Assembly: GCA_039587475.1 (NCBI GenBank)
Contig: JBDHIK010000300.1
Span: 7,045 to 71,044, forward strand
Direction: 5' to 3'
Length of the DNA: 64,000 nucleotides
DNA from: Gemmatimonadota bacterium
Lineage (GTDB): Bacteria; Gemmatimonadota; Gemmatimonadetes; Gemmatimonadales; GWC2-71-9
Shown: one piece after another, positions 35,922 through 45,999 of the stretch
Layout of the letters: every line of letters begins with the position of its first letter
Numbering within the stretch: position 1 is the stretch's first letter
Position numbers and translations under genes: made by a program
Notes under the pieces: model-generated
What the model was told of the DNA's origin: nothing
The model's database searches: none
What the model saw: the letters and a program-made list of their open reading frames with translations, nothing else

Positions 35922-36809
35922 ATGCTGGCACTCACGACTGCCATTGTTGCGCTGGTTGGCCTGCCATCCGATTCGACCCAGGCGGTCGCCTCGAAGTACC
36001 TCGAGTTGACCTTCGCCCAGCGATATGACGACTTGCGGGGCCTCTATGCCGACGACGTCTACTTCGTGGATCCCACCGGCGACGTCTGGGGCGGGACCCT
36101 GGCCTCCGGGGTCAGGGGGGCAGACCAGGTCATCGCTCTTCAGAAGTCCTGGGGCCTGACCAGCTCCGCATTCCTGGTCGACGACCAGTTCGTCTCTGGC
36201 GAGTACGCGCTGTTTCGCGGCACCCTGAGCTGGACGACGGTCAGCGCTCCCGACGGGGTGACGACGGACTTCGTGACCCTGCTCCGAGTGAAGGACGGCA
36301 AGGTGGTGGAGCGGCATGATTACGGGAACTATGCCGCCATTCATGCCGGCACCGACCCCGCGTTCCAGGCCGCCAACACCGCCGCGGCGAAGAGGGTTGG
36401 GGAGCGCTACCTGCAGGCCTACTTGGACCAGCGCCACAGCGACATGCTCGCCATGTATGGTCCGGCTCCGTCCTTTCAGGATCCGACGGCGGCAGTCTTC
36501 GGCCTGGAGAGCGGAGCACTGTATCGAGGGACCGAGGCCATCGCCGCCATGTTGGCGCGGGCCTTCCAGCCCATCAGCCAGTTCACCTTCGACTTCGAAG
36601 ACGCGTGGTTTTCCAATCGGCACGCCGTGTTCGGGGGCACCATCCGATACACCCTGGATGGCGCTGCGCTGGGCACACCGACCGACGTGACGTTTGAGAA
36701 CTCAGCGGTCTTCGTCGTCACCGTGCAAGACGGCGCGGTCGTGGCCCACCGAGACTACGTGGACTACTCGCACTTCCAGGACCAACTCGAGGCGGCCCGC
36801 AGCGACTAG
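35922..36809 (+). CDS. Tandem SnoaL/NTF2-like domain protein
   Basis: Two repeats of about 130 aa each carry ...Y.DDVYFVDPTG... and ...GKVVERHDY / GAVVAHRDYVDY. Start is the ATG at 35922 (MLALTTAIVALVGLP). Confidence 0.7.
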   Translation: MLALTTAIVALVGLPSDSTQAVASKYLELTFAQRYDDLRGLYADDVYFVDPTGDVWGGTLASGVRGADQVIALQKSWGLTSSAFLVDDQFVSGEYALFRGTLSWTTVSAPDGVTTDFVTLLRVKDGKVVERHDYGNYAAIHAGTDPAFQAANTAAAKRVGERYLQAYLDQRHSDMLAMYGPAPSFQDPTAAVFGLESGALYRGTEAIAAMLARAFQPISQFTFDFEDAWFSNRHAVFGGTIRYTLDGAALGTPTDVTFENSAVFVVTVQDGAVVAHRDYVDYSHFQDQLEAARSD

Positions 36810-36833
36810 TCGCTCGTGAGACCGGACGAAGAA

Positions 36834-37316
36834 CTACGGGTCCGCGGGGTCGCTGGCCCTCTCGGTAGTTGCCTTCTTGAGCTCCCTGCCCACCCACTGC
36901 AGCCTGGCCCAGACCAGCGCTCCCTGAAAGAATGAACCGGCCGTGACCGTGACCGGCCGGTCGAGATCTTCGGTCGGCGAAACGATGCCGCGCAGGGACA
37001 CCCTCGTCAGAGGCCCCAGAGAAACCAGGTCGGCACGGAACTGGGCATAGGCATAGGGCGCTCGCCGTCCCATGCGCTCCGTCTCCGAGAGGACCAGGCC
37101 CTGGGCTGTCGAGGCAATGGCGACCTCGATGCCTGCCTCGGCGAACGCGTCGAGGACCATGGCGAAAGCCGTGTCGGCTTCGCGGGGTACGTCCACGACC
37201 ATCATCGAATCGGGGGCTTGTGCTTCGAGGCCGGACGCCCCGAACGAGGAGATCACAGGGGCGGTGATGGCCAGTAGCGTTGCCCATGGAACGGTACGGC
37301 GAAACACGTGGCGCAT
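36834..37316 (-). CDS. Hypothetical secreted protein
   Basis: This is the C-terminal part of ORF 36834..37787. The ATG at 37316 gives MRHVFRRTVPWATLLAITAPVISSFGASGLEAQA (signal-like). No motif was recognised. Confidence 0.5.
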   Translation of the reverse strand: MRHVFRRTVPWATLLAITAPVISSFGASGLEAQAPDSMMVVDVPREADTAFAMVLDAFAEAGIEVAIASTAQGLVLSETERMGRRAPYAYAQFRADLVSLGPLTRVSLRGIVSPTEDLDRPVTVTAGSFFQGALVWARLQWVGRELKKATTERASDPADP

Positions 37317-37332
37317 GCACCAATCTAGAGTG

Positions 37333-37716
37333 CTAGGAAGAGCGCACGGTAGCCCGTCGTCGTCGGCGCAGCCAGGCCGCACCGTACAGGACGACGTTGA
37401 GGACGAGCACCGCGACGCCGAACGCCACCTGGTGGGAACGGGTGAGACCTTCCGGGTAGAGCACGGGGAGGACGTAGTGCTCGACGAACCCACCGGTGTA
37501 GCCCCGCTCCCCGCCGGCCTGGCGCAAGCGGTTCTCCAGGGGCGTGAGCGGGCAGATCCAGCCCTGGAACTCGATGAGGGCTCCCCACGCCGCCGCCGGG
37601 ACGTGAAGGTACGCCATCCGTGGCCATCTGAGGCTGAGGGCCGCGCCGAACAAGACGAAGAGCACGAACGCGGCGTGCGTGAGGACGACGAGGTCCGCGG
37701 CGAGTCGGTAGCCCAT
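37333..37716 (-). CDS. DUF2784-like small membrane protein
   Basis: 127 aa with 4 predicted TM helices and the motif GWICPLTPLEN.LR, which I associate with DUF2784. Confidence 0.7.
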   Translation of the reverse strand: MGYRLAADLVVLTHAAFVLFVLFGAALSLRWPRMAYLHVPAAAWGALIEFQGWICPLTPLENRLRQAGGERGYTGGFVEHYVLPVLYPEGLTRSHQVAFGVAVLVLNVVLYGAAWLRRRRRATVRSS

Positions 37717-37944
37717 GGGTACGCTTGCGTTCGCCCCCGATCCTCAGGACGACTGATGGCATCCCCTGTACCGTGAGGGCACCACACTCAGGTACGCGGT
37801 GTGTCGTCGGATGCCGGCGGCGACGAAGGGACAGCGTGGCCGGATATCGATGGATCGAGCTCGAGCGTCTTCCAGGCCGTCGTCCACCACCGGCGCGTAT
37901 CGCGCGTCGGCCTCATTGTCGATGATGTCGCTGCCGGCCACGGG

Positions 37945-38952
37945 CTACGTCACGCTCCAGGTTCGACCGGCCCGGATCAGGTCGTTGAGTGGCGTGTGCT
38001 GGTCGGCGGTCTCCTTGGGCACGATCTGTGATTCGTAGCTCTCCGCCGGATTGTCGTACAATACCCCCAACACCTCGGGAAATTCCGGCGGTTTGAGGGC
38101 GCCCAGCAGGCCGGCCAGGGTCTTGTCCGTCTGGTCATGTACCAGAACGTCGTCGTCCGTGATGCCGTCTGCGCCGACCACGATGGACTCCAGCTGCAAG
38201 GTCCCCGGTTTGATGCGAAGGCCCCGATTGCCATCGGCGCCGTACCGCATCGGCTTGCCGTGTTCAACGTGGAGCTGGGTATCCGTCGCGGTTGCCCGGT
38301 CGGTGAAATCGGCAAAGACGTTGTCGTTGTAGACGACACAATTCTGGAAGATCTCGACGAAGGACGCTCCCCGATGCTGCTGGGCCGCGGTCAAGACGCC
38401 GATCAGACGCTTCTGGTCGATGTCGATGGCTCGCCCGACGAAACGAGCACCGGCGCCGAGCGCCACCGCCACCGGATTGAGCGGATGTGCCACCGAGCCC
38501 CGCGGAGAGGTGGGCGACTTGGTGCCGACCCGGGATGTCGGAGAGACTTGTCCCTTCGTCAGCCCGTAGATCTCGTTGTTGAACAGAACGATCTGGAGGT
38601 CCACGTTGCGCCGCAAGACATGAAGGAGATGATTACCGCCGATGCTGAACCCGTCTCCGTCGCCGGTGATCACCCAAACGTCCAGGTCCGGGTTCGCGAG
38701 CTTCAAGCCCGTGGCAATCGCCGGGGCTCGGCCATGAATGGTGTGGAACCCGTAGGTCGACATGTAATACGGAAACCGGGACGAACACCCGATGCCCGAC
38801 ACGAACACGGTACTCTCCGGGCGGGCCTCCAGGTCGGCGAGCGTCTTTTGCAGAGCCTTGAGGATGGCGTAATCACCGCAGCCAGGGCACCAGCGGACCT
38901 CCTGGTCGGAGGCGAAATCCTTGGGAGCGAGTGGCAACGTCGAGGTCGTCAT
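37945..38952 (-). CDS. korB: 2-oxoglutarate:ferredoxin oxidoreductase, beta subunit
   Basis: WCPGCGDYAILKALQ and GIGCSSRFPYY form the TPP-binding subunit signature. The ATGA overlap with korA supports co-translation. Confidence 0.95.
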   Translation of the reverse strand: MTTSTLPLAPKDFASDQEVRWCPGCGDYAILKALQKTLADLEARPESTVFVSGIGCSSRFPYYMSTYGFHTIHGRAPAIATGLKLANPDLDVWVITGDGDGFSIGGNHLLHVLRRNVDLQIVLFNNEIYGLTKGQVSPTSRVGTKSPTSPRGSVAHPLNPVAVALGAGARFVGRAIDIDQKRLIGVLTAAQQHRGASFVEIFQNCVVYNDNVFADFTDRATATDTQLHVEHGKPMRYGADGNRGLRIKPGTLQLESIVVGADGITDDDVLVHDQTDKTLAGLLGALKPPEFPEVLGVLYDNPAESYESQIVPKETADQHTPLNDLIRAGRTWSVT

Positions 38953-40826
38953 GGTTGCGACTCCAGGGCCGCATCGATGGCGGCCTCGATCTCTGAGATC
39001 TTGAACGGCTGTCCGGTCACCTTGGTCAAGGGCTCAGCGGGGACCAGGAAGGTGCTGCGCAGCATCGTCACGAGTTGCCCGTTGTTCATTTCCGGGACCA
39101 GGATTCGTTCGAAATTCCCCAGCAGGGTGCCCAGGTTGGCCGGGAACGGGTTGAGGTAGCGCAGATGGACGTGCGAGACCGCCTGCCCCTTGGCGCGGGC
39201 ACGTTCTACTCCCTTGTTGATCGGCCCAAAGGTAGAGCCCCAGCCCACGACGGCCAGACGGCCGGTGTCCTCACCCAGCGCCACGGCCTGGGGCGGAACG
39301 TCGTCGGCGATGCCAGCGATCTTGGCGGCGCGGACGTCGGTCATGGTCTGGTGGTTGTCCGGATCGTAGGAGATGTGACCGGTGCCGTCCTGCTTCTCGA
39401 TGCCGCCGATCCGATGCATGAGCCCCGGGGTCCCGGGCACCGCCCAGGGGCGAGCCAGCGTCACCGGATCTCGCCGGAATGGCTCAAAGCCCTCCGGGTC
39501 GGTGTGGAACCGGACCGGCCAAGTCTCCAGGCCGTCGAGGTCCGGGAGAAGCCATGGCTCGGCGGCATTGGCCAGGTAGCCGTCGGAGAGCAGGATGACC
39601 GGCGTCATGTACTTGGTGGCCAGCCGGACCGCCTCACGGCCGACCTCGAAGCAGTCCGTCGACGTCGCTGCGGCAAGGACCGCCACTGGCGTGTCTCCGT
39701 TCCGACCGTACACGGCCTGGAACAGGTCCGACTGCTCGGTCTTGGTCGGCAGGCCGGTCGAAGGACCGGCCCGTTGCATGTTGAGGATGATCAACGGGAG
39801 TTCGGCGCTCACGGCCAGGCCGATGGCTTCGGTCTTGAGCGCGATGCCGGGTCCCGAGCTCGAGGTGACCCCGAGCGCACCGCCGTACGACGCCCCGATG
39901 GCAGAACACACCGCCGCGATTTCGTCTTCCGCCTGGAACGTGATCACGCCGAGGTCCCGCATGGTGGCCAGAGAATGCAGCACCGGCGACGCCGGCGTAA
40001 TCGGGTACGATCCGAACACCAGTCGCGGAATACCGGCGGACCGAAGGCCCGACACCAGGCCCCAGACGAGTGCCTCCGTGCCGCTGATGGTCCGGTACTC
40101 ACCGGGAGGGAGGTCCGCGTCCGCGACCCGGTACCCGGTCAGGTTGCCGGACAGCTCCGCCGTTTCCCCGTACGCATGTCCGGCATTGATCGCTGCGATG
40201 TTGGCCTGCGCCAGGGTCTCGCGGCTGGCGAATTTCTTGGCGAGCCAGGACGTCGTGGCAGTGCGATCGCGGTCGTACATCCACAACATCAGTCCCAGGG
40301 CCCACATGTTGCGACAGCGGAGAGCCTCCTTCTTGCTCAACCCGAACGACTCAACCGCGTTCATGGTCAGCTGGGTGACGTCGAGCCGGATCACCTGATA
40401 GGGCGCCAGGGTGTTGTCTTCGAGCGGGTTGGCGTCGTAGCCGGCCTTGGCGAGGTTTCGGTCGCCGAAGCTGCCGCTGTCGGCCACGATAATCCCACCC
40501 AGACGCAGGTTCCCCAGATTCACCTTGAGCGCCGCAGGGTTCATGGCGACGAGCACGTCGATTTCGTCTCCGGCGGTCTTGACGTCCACCGAGCCGAAGT
40601 GGATCTGAAAAGCGGAAACTCCGAAGGTGGTACCGACCGGCGCCCGAATTTCTGCGGGGTAGTCGGGAAACGTGGTCAGGTCGAGGCCGGCCAGGGCCGT
40701 CTCCAGGGTGAACTGGGAGCCGGTCAACTGCATGCCGTCCCCGGAATCGCCCGCAAACCGGACGACGACGGCCTCGCGAACCTCGCGGGTCCCGGTACGG
40801 TCGTGCGTGGGTGCCGTGGTGCTCAT
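38949..40826 (-). CDS. korA: 2-oxoglutarate:ferredoxin oxidoreductase, alpha subunit
   Basis: 625 aa with RFAGDSGDGMQLTG at the N-terminus and typical KorA domains I-III. It is translationally coupled to korB. Confidence 0.95.
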   Translation of the reverse strand: MSTTAPTHDRTGTREVREAVVVRFAGDSGDGMQLTGSQFTLETALAGLDLTTFPDYPAEIRAPVGTTFGVSAFQIHFGSVDVKTAGDEIDVLVAMNPAALKVNLGNLRLGGIIVADSGSFGDRNLAKAGYDANPLEDNTLAPYQVIRLDVTQLTMNAVESFGLSKKEALRCRNMWALGLMLWMYDRDRTATTSWLAKKFASRETLAQANIAAINAGHAYGETAELSGNLTGYRVADADLPPGEYRTISGTEALVWGLVSGLRSAGIPRLVFGSYPITPASPVLHSLATMRDLGVITFQAEDEIAAVCSAIGASYGGALGVTSSSGPGIALKTEAIGLAVSAELPLIILNMQRAGPSTGLPTKTEQSDLFQAVYGRNGDTPVAVLAAATSTDCFEVGREAVRLATKYMTPVILLSDGYLANAAEPWLLPDLDGLETWPVRFHTDPEGFEPFRRDPVTLARPWAVPGTPGLMHRIGGIEKQDGTGHISYDPDNHQTMTDVRAAKIAGIADDVPPQAVALGEDTGRLAVVGWGSTFGPINKGVERARAKGQAVSHVHLRYLNPFPANLGTLLGNFERILVPEMNNGQLVTMLRSTFLVPAEPLTKVTGQPFKISEIEAAIDAALESQP

Positions 40827-41002
40827 CAGGGCCTTTCATTACGTGTCTGCGGCGCCGACCCCGCCCGGGCCGAACATGCTGAATCTGCCCGGAACGGCTT
40901 CCCCGCGCCACCGTCCACCGTCACGGCGGTTGCCGATCCCCGGCGGGCGGTTACCATCTCAGCATTGCTCCCTGCCCCGTTCTACCAACAGCCGGGAAAG
41001 CC

Positions 41003-41845
41003 ATGACACGTAAGACCGACGACTCCGCCGCGAGTCTTCCCCGAGCGGCGGACCAGCCCGCCGAGGGGATCAAGCTGACCAAGGGCGTGTACAGCAAGGA
41101 ATTGCGACGCCTGCAGATCGAGCTGGTCAAGCTCCAGGAACACATCAGTGAGCATGGGCTCAAGGTGGTCGTGCTGTTCGAAGGCAGGGACGGAGCCGGG
41201 AAGGGCGGCACCATCAAACGCATCACCGAAAGCCTCAACCCCCGGATCGTCAGGGTCGTGGCGCTCGCCAAGCCAACGGAAAAGGAACGTACCCAGTGGT
41301 ACTTCCAGCGTTACGTCGCTGAACTCCCCTCCGGCGGCGAGATGGTGCTGTTCGACCGGAGTTGGTACAACCGGGCCGGCGTCGAGCGGGTGATGGGGTT
41401 CTGCACCGAGAAGGAATACGTGGAGTTCATGCGGACCGCTCCCCAGTTCGAGCGGGCCCTCATTCGCTCCGGCATCATCCTGATCAAGTACTGGTTCTCG
41501 GTCTCCGCCGAGGAGCAGGCCCGGCGCTTCCGGGATCGAATCAAGAACCCCACGAAGCGCTGGAAACTGAGTGGCATGGACCTGACGGCCCGGACCCACT
41601 GGGTCGACTACGCCAAGGCCAAGGACGAGATGTTCGCCTACACGGACATCCGGCAGTCCCCTTGGTTTGTCGTCGAATCGGACAACAAGAAGGCCGCACG
41701 GCTCAACTGCATCAGCCATCTGCTGAGCTTGATTCCCTATGACGAGCCCAGCCACGATTCCATCTCGCTGCCGCCACTCCAGTCGGACAAGTACGTGCGA
41801 ACGCCGGAAGACGAGCAGAATTTCATCCCCAGAAGGTTCGTCTAG
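41003..41845 (+). CDS. ppk2: Polyphosphate kinase 2
   Basis: VVVLFEGRDGAGKGGTIKRITESLNPR (P-loop) and FDRSWYNRAGVERVMGF are PPK2 hallmarks. Confidence 0.95.
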   Translation: MTRKTDDSAASLPRAADQPAEGIKLTKGVYSKELRRLQIELVKLQEHISEHGLKVVVLFEGRDGAGKGGTIKRITESLNPRIVRVVALAKPTEKERTQWYFQRYVAELPSGGEMVLFDRSWYNRAGVERVMGFCTEKEYVEFMRTAPQFERALIRSGIILIKYWFSVSAEEQARRFRDRIKNPTKRWKLSGMDLTARTHWVDYAKAKDEMFAYTDIRQSPWFVVESDNKKAARLNCISHLLSLIPYDEPSHDSISLPPLQSDKYVRTPEDEQNFIPRRFV

Positions 41846-41894
41846 GCCGGGGTCGGGTCGGGTCGTCTGCCTGCGTGGCCCCGAGGGAGCCCGG

Positions 41895-42923
41895 TCAGTT
41901 CTGTTCCATCGGTCGATAGCGCTGCCCGAAGGCGGCCTCCGCTTCCGCGGCCAGGTACCCGAACGCCGGCCACTGGCCACTGGCCAGAATGGCTTGTCGC
42001 AGATCGTTCGCGGCTGCCGGATTTCCTTGCCACTGATACCAGGCAGTAACTCCGTAGGCCTGCGTCACCTCACCGACGGCGAGGGCCGCCGTCGGTTCCA
42101 GAGCCAGCGAGTCGACCGGCAGGATGCCCCCATAGAGCAGGAGCAGCCGGTGATAGGTGTGGTTCTCAATAAGCGGCCACTGGGGGTCCACGGCCTCAAC
42201 CACCGCCTGTGCCTCATCCCAGCGACCCAAGCGCGTCAGGGTCAGGAACAGCCAGTAGCGGGTTGCCACTTCCATGTCGGGCGTCGCCGACACCTCCAGG
42301 CATGCCCGGTAGGCCTCGAGGGCTCCGGCGTCGTCGCCGCTCAGGAAGCGCGCCAACCCCAGGTGGTACCAGATGTTGGACTGGAGGGTGCTGGTGGGCA
42401 TGTTGCGGACGTTGGGGAGGCCGTCCGGTTCGATCTGATCCGACTGATCCGCGATCAGTGCCGCCGCCCGCTCGAGATCGATGACAGCGCTGTCGAGTTG
42501 TCGGGTCGTGATGTAGCGGTGGCCCCGGTGGCGATACAGACGCGGTTCGTCGGGGTACTGTTGCAGCCCCAGTCCGAAGATGAGGATGGCCTCCTGGTAC
42601 CGGCCCAGATAGGCGGCTCGACGCCCGGCCCAGACGATAGCCTCGATGCTGGTAGGGTCCGCCACCCAGCGGAGCCGGGCCTCTTCGAATTGTTGTTCGC
42701 GCTGCGATCGGATGGCATCATCCAGGGGGATCTCGCTCAAGGTGTCACCCAGGAACGAAATCGCCTCGATCCGCCTTTCCACCGGGAGCACGGCATCGTC
42801 AGGAACTTCGGTGGGCGGCGCCGCGTTGGTCTCATCGACCAGAGTCGGCGAAGGGGCCGGGTCGGCGGGCTTCCGATTGCATGCCGCCACCAGGACGGTC
42901 AGACACAGCAGGCAGGTTCGCAC
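41895..42923 (-). CDS. TPR-like lipoprotein
   Basis: GTG start. The signal peptide with lipobox is (M)RTCLLCLTVLVAAC. The body consists of TPR-like helical repeats. Confidence 0.7.
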   Translation of the reverse strand: MRTCLLCLTVLVAACNRKPADPAPSPTLVDETNAAPPTEVPDDAVLPVERRIEAISFLGDTLSEIPLDDAIRSQREQQFEEARLRWVADPTSIEAIVWAGRRAAYLGRYQEAILIFGLGLQQYPDEPRLYRHRGHRYITTRQLDSAVIDLERAAALIADQSDQIEPDGLPNVRNMPTSTLQSNIWYHLGLARFLSGDDAGALEAYRACLEVSATPDMEVATRYWLFLTLTRLGRWDEAQAVVEAVDPQWPLIENHTYHRLLLLYGGILPVDSLALEPTAALAVGEVTQAYGVTAWYQWQGNPAAANDLRQAILASGQWPAFGYLAAEAEAAFGQRYRPMEQN

Positions 42924-42993
42924 TAGATCATCCGCGGGAAACGGTCGACCCTAAGTTAGCCTCACTCGCGGACCACCCACAGCCCACGGAACC

Positions 42994-43443
42994 ATGAGCA
43001 AGAACAACGACAAGACGGACGCCGAGTGGCGCCAAACCCTGACGCCCGAGCAATACCACGTGACTCGTGAGAAGGGAACCGAGCGGCCCTTCACGGGCGC
43101 CTACCTCGACAACAAAGCCGACGGGACGTACCGCTGTGTCTGTTGCGGCGCCGAGCTGTTCGATTCGGAGACCAAGTACGACTCGCGGAGCGGGTGGCCG
43201 AGCTTCACCAGCCCCGCGGCAAGCGGCGCGGTTGCGGAAGAGGCCGATGACAGCCTGGGAATGCGCCGCACCGAAGTCATGTGCGCCCAGTGCCACGCCC
43301 ATCTGGGCCACGTGTTTCCAGACGGTCCGGGACCCACGGGCCTGAGGTACTGCATCAACTCGTGTGCCTTGGACTTCGAAGAGGGTGAAGAGCCGGGACC
43401 AGCGGCTCAGGAGCCCCCGGGACCATCCGGAACTCCCTCCTAG
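42994..43443 (+). CDS. msrB: Peptide-methionine (R)-S-oxide reductase
   Basis: GTERPFTG, the two CxxC zinc pairs ([11 protein letters not shown] and [13 protein letters not shown]) and the catalytic RYCINS motif are all present. Confidence 0.95.
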   Translation: MSKNNDKTDAEWRQTLTPEQYHVTREKGTERPFTGAYLDNKADGTYRCVCCGAELFDSETKYDSRSGWPSFTSPAASGAVAEEADDSLGMRRTEVMCAQCHAHLGHVFPDGPGPTGLRYCINSCALDFEEGEEPGPAAQEPPGPSGTPS

Positions 43444-43640
43444 TCACCGTCCCACATGGCCGCTTCGATGGCGGAGATGAAGCGCATCAGCCAGCCGAAC
43501 CCGAAGAGTCCCAGCGCCAGGTAGGCGCCGAACTGCACGGCGGCAGCCAGGAACCGACCTTGAAACAGCTGTCCCAAACCCGGTAGGAAGAAACTGATCA
43601 CGGCGGCGAGGATGTTTCCTGCCGATCCACGTCTGGACAT
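43440..43640 (-). CDS. Small two-TM membrane protein (PGLGQ motif)
   Basis: The ATG at 43640 gives [51 protein letters not shown]. Its stop overlaps the msrB stop (CTAG). Confidence 0.5.
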   Translation of the reverse strand: MSRRGSAGNILAAVISFFLPGLGQLFQGRFLAAAVQFGAYLALGLFGFGWLMRFISAIEAAMWDGD

Positions 43641-43740
43641 CGTTGCGGACCCCTGATGAGTGATGCAGGACAATACGGCGGCCCCGATGAAATGTTTCAT
43701 CGGGGGACGTTGGATAGATAACTGCCTTTATGGCATCTGT

Positions 43741-45003
43741 TTACGGGTTGGACAAGTGCCCTGAAAGCGCCCGGATATCGCCACCGGTCGGGGTCTGGAA
43801 CACCCGGAGGCCGAATTCGGGGGCGATGGCCAGCAGATGATCGAAGATGTCGGCCTGGATGCCCTCGTAGTTCACCCAGTTGGTATCGTTGAGGAATACG
43901 TAGATCTCGAGTGGGAGCCCCTGTGTCGTCGGGGCCAGCTGGCGCACCATCTGGGTGAACCCGGAATGGTGAACCTTGGGATGGCGCTGGAGGTAGGCCC
44001 GAATGTACGCCCGGAACGTTCCGATGTTGGTCAGGCGTCGTACGTTGGAGATCACGTCAGGGGTGTGCACGTGTTCGGCGTTGTACTCGGCGAGTTCCCG
44101 GCGCTTGGTCGTCACGTATTCGGTCAGCAGGTCGTAGCGCTCGAAGTGATCCAGGTCGTCCGGAGTCAGGAAGCGGATCGACTCCATGTCGATGACCAAT
44201 GGACGCTTGACCCGTCGTCCTCCCGACTCGGACATGAAACGCCAGTTCTTGAACGAACCCTGGGTCAGCCGGTAGGTCGGAATGGTGGTGATGGTCCGGT
44301 CCCAGTTGCGGACGCTGACCGTGAGCAGATCCACCCGTTCGACGTCGCCGTCGGCTCCGAACTCCGGCACCTCGATCCAATCGCCCACTCGCACCATGTC
44401 ATACCAGGTAATCTGCAAACTGGAGACGAAGGACACGATCGTGTCGCGAAACACCAGCACCAGTACGGCCGTCGCGGCGCCGATGCCGCTGAGGAGCACG
44501 ATCGGGTTCTGACCCAGCAGGGACGCCAGGAATAGCAGCCCGGCCACCACGTAGACGGCGATGGTGGCGACCTGGAAGTAGGCCCGCAGGGGTCGGCCCC
44601 GGGCCAGGTTGCTGTCGCGGGCGATGTCGGCCACGGCGCTGATAGCCGACCCGATGGCCACGGCTGCGAGCAGAATGGTCACGGCCCCGGTAATGCGCTG
44701 GGCCGCGGACGCCAGCGGGTCGCTCAGGCCGGGGACCAGCATGATGCCGTAGTACACCACCATGGCGGGCGCCAGGTGGGCCAGGCGATGGAACGCCTTG
44801 TTCTCGAGGAAGGCGTCGTCCCAGGTCGCGCTGGTCTTCTTGATGATCCGGTCGACGATGCGCACCAGGATCCGACTGGCAATGCGGTCGACCAGCCAGG
44901 CCACCATGGCCAGGGCCACGATCCCGGCCGATGACGCGAACAGCGGGTGGGACGTGACCCGGGTGAGCCAGGAGTCGGTGGACGAAGGCGCTTGAGGAAT
45001 CAT
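43741..45003 (-). CDS. Mechanosensitive ion channel family protein (MscS-like, paralog 2)
   Basis: TM helices are followed by VRVGDWIEVPEFGADGDVERVDLLTVSVRNWDRTITTIPTYRL. Start is the ATG at 45003. Confidence 0.85.
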   Translation of the reverse strand: MIPQAPSSTDSWLTRVTSHPLFASSAGIVALAMVAWLVDRIASRILVRIVDRIIKKTSATWDDAFLENKAFHRLAHLAPAMVVYYGIMLVPGLSDPLASAAQRITGAVTILLAAVAIGSAISAVADIARDSNLARGRPLRAYFQVATIAVYVVAGLLFLASLLGQNPIVLLSGIGAATAVLVLVFRDTIVSFVSSLQITWYDMVRVGDWIEVPEFGADGDVERVDLLTVSVRNWDRTITTIPTYRLTQGSFKNWRFMSESGGRRVKRPLVIDMESIRFLTPDDLDHFERYDLLTEYVTTKRRELAEYNAEHVHTPDVISNVRRLTNIGTFRAYIRAYLQRHPKVHHSGFTQMVRQLAPTTQGLPLEIYVFLNDTNWVNYEGIQADIFDHLLAIAPEFGLRVFQTPTGGDIRALSGHLSNP

Positions 45004-45131
45004 CACGTGATGCGACAGGTGGATGGTTCGAAGGACGACGAACGAACGCGCTGGCGCCCACCGGCGTCAGCGGGCATACTGATCGGTTCCGACGATAGAC
45101 CTTCCTTCACCGACTTACAAGGGCAGGCGTG

Positions 45132-45860
45132 ATGTACGGACTTCTTCTCGGGCTTCTCGCCGTGCTGTCACCAGGTCAGGCTCAGGACGAGGGCACGTAT
45201 CGGGCTCTGTTGCTCCGGGCGGCGCCCGGCCATCTCACCGAGCTGATCGACCTCTACCGGGAGCGGGTTGGCCTGTTGACGGCCCTCGGCGAAGATCCCC
45301 CGGTGTTCATGCGGCACAGCCAGGGCGATCAATGGGATCTGATGCTGTTGTTTCCGATCGAGAGCCTGGAGCACTACTTCTCGGCCGAGCGTGCTGAGAG
45401 GCTCGCCCAGGCCGGTGGTGTCGGGTTCGTAGACCGGGTCCGGGCCATCACCGCCTGGCAAGAGGAACTGTTCGTCGCCGGCCCGCCAGTGGACACTGTG
45501 GCGGCGCGGAATGCCGAGGCCGGGTTCTACCACGTCGAGATCTTCCGGGCGCTGCCGGGACGGTATGACGCTCTCGTCGAACAGCGTGTCATGGAGAATC
45601 GCTACTACCACCGATCCGAACGGGATGGCAACCTCATATTCACTCGTCTCGCGGGGGCGGCGTGGGATGTCTTCACGCTGGGCTTCTACCGCGACATCCA
45701 GCATTTCGTCGCGACCCCCGACCTGGCTCCCGAGGTATTCGAGCAGGCCGCTGTCGACGCCGGGTTTGAATCCCGTGGCGCCATCGGGACGTATCTCCGA
45801 ACACTGATCGACGCCCATCACGATACTCTGGCGAACCGGGTCGCGTTCGAAAGCGACTGA
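45132..45860 (+). CDS. Hypothetical secreted protein (two internal repeats of ~110 aa)
   Basis: The signal peptide is MYGLLLGLLAVLSPGQAQ. The two halves share a pattern, YRALLLRAAPGHLTELIDLY and YHVEIFRALPGRYDALVEQ. I could not assign a family. Confidence 0.6.
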   Translation: MYGLLLGLLAVLSPGQAQDEGTYRALLLRAAPGHLTELIDLYRERVGLLTALGEDPPVFMRHSQGDQWDLMLLFPIESLEHYFSAERAERLAQAGGVGFVDRVRAITAWQEELFVAGPPVDTVAARNAEAGFYHVEIFRALPGRYDALVEQRVMENRYYHRSERDGNLIFTRLAGAAWDVFTLGFYRDIQHFVATPDLAPEVFEQAAVDAGFESRGAIGTYLRTLIDAHHDTLANRVAFESD

Positions 45861-45999
45861 TTCCGGGGGCTAAGCCGCTCCCGGACAGCAGGTTACGCGT
45901 CGGCGCCGCGGCGCATTCCACCCGGTGTCCGGACGGACCGCCATCCGGCCGACAGTCCGCCTCTTCCATCCACCCCAACGTTGCTCTAGCGTTCGTGCC

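Noticed and set aside
39075-41006. 643-aa plus-strand ORF
   Set aside because: It is antisense to korA, which is unambiguous.
43440-43443. Convergent genes sharing overlapping stop codons (CTAG)
   Set aside because: The overlap is real but is a trivial consequence of tight packing, with no functional implication.
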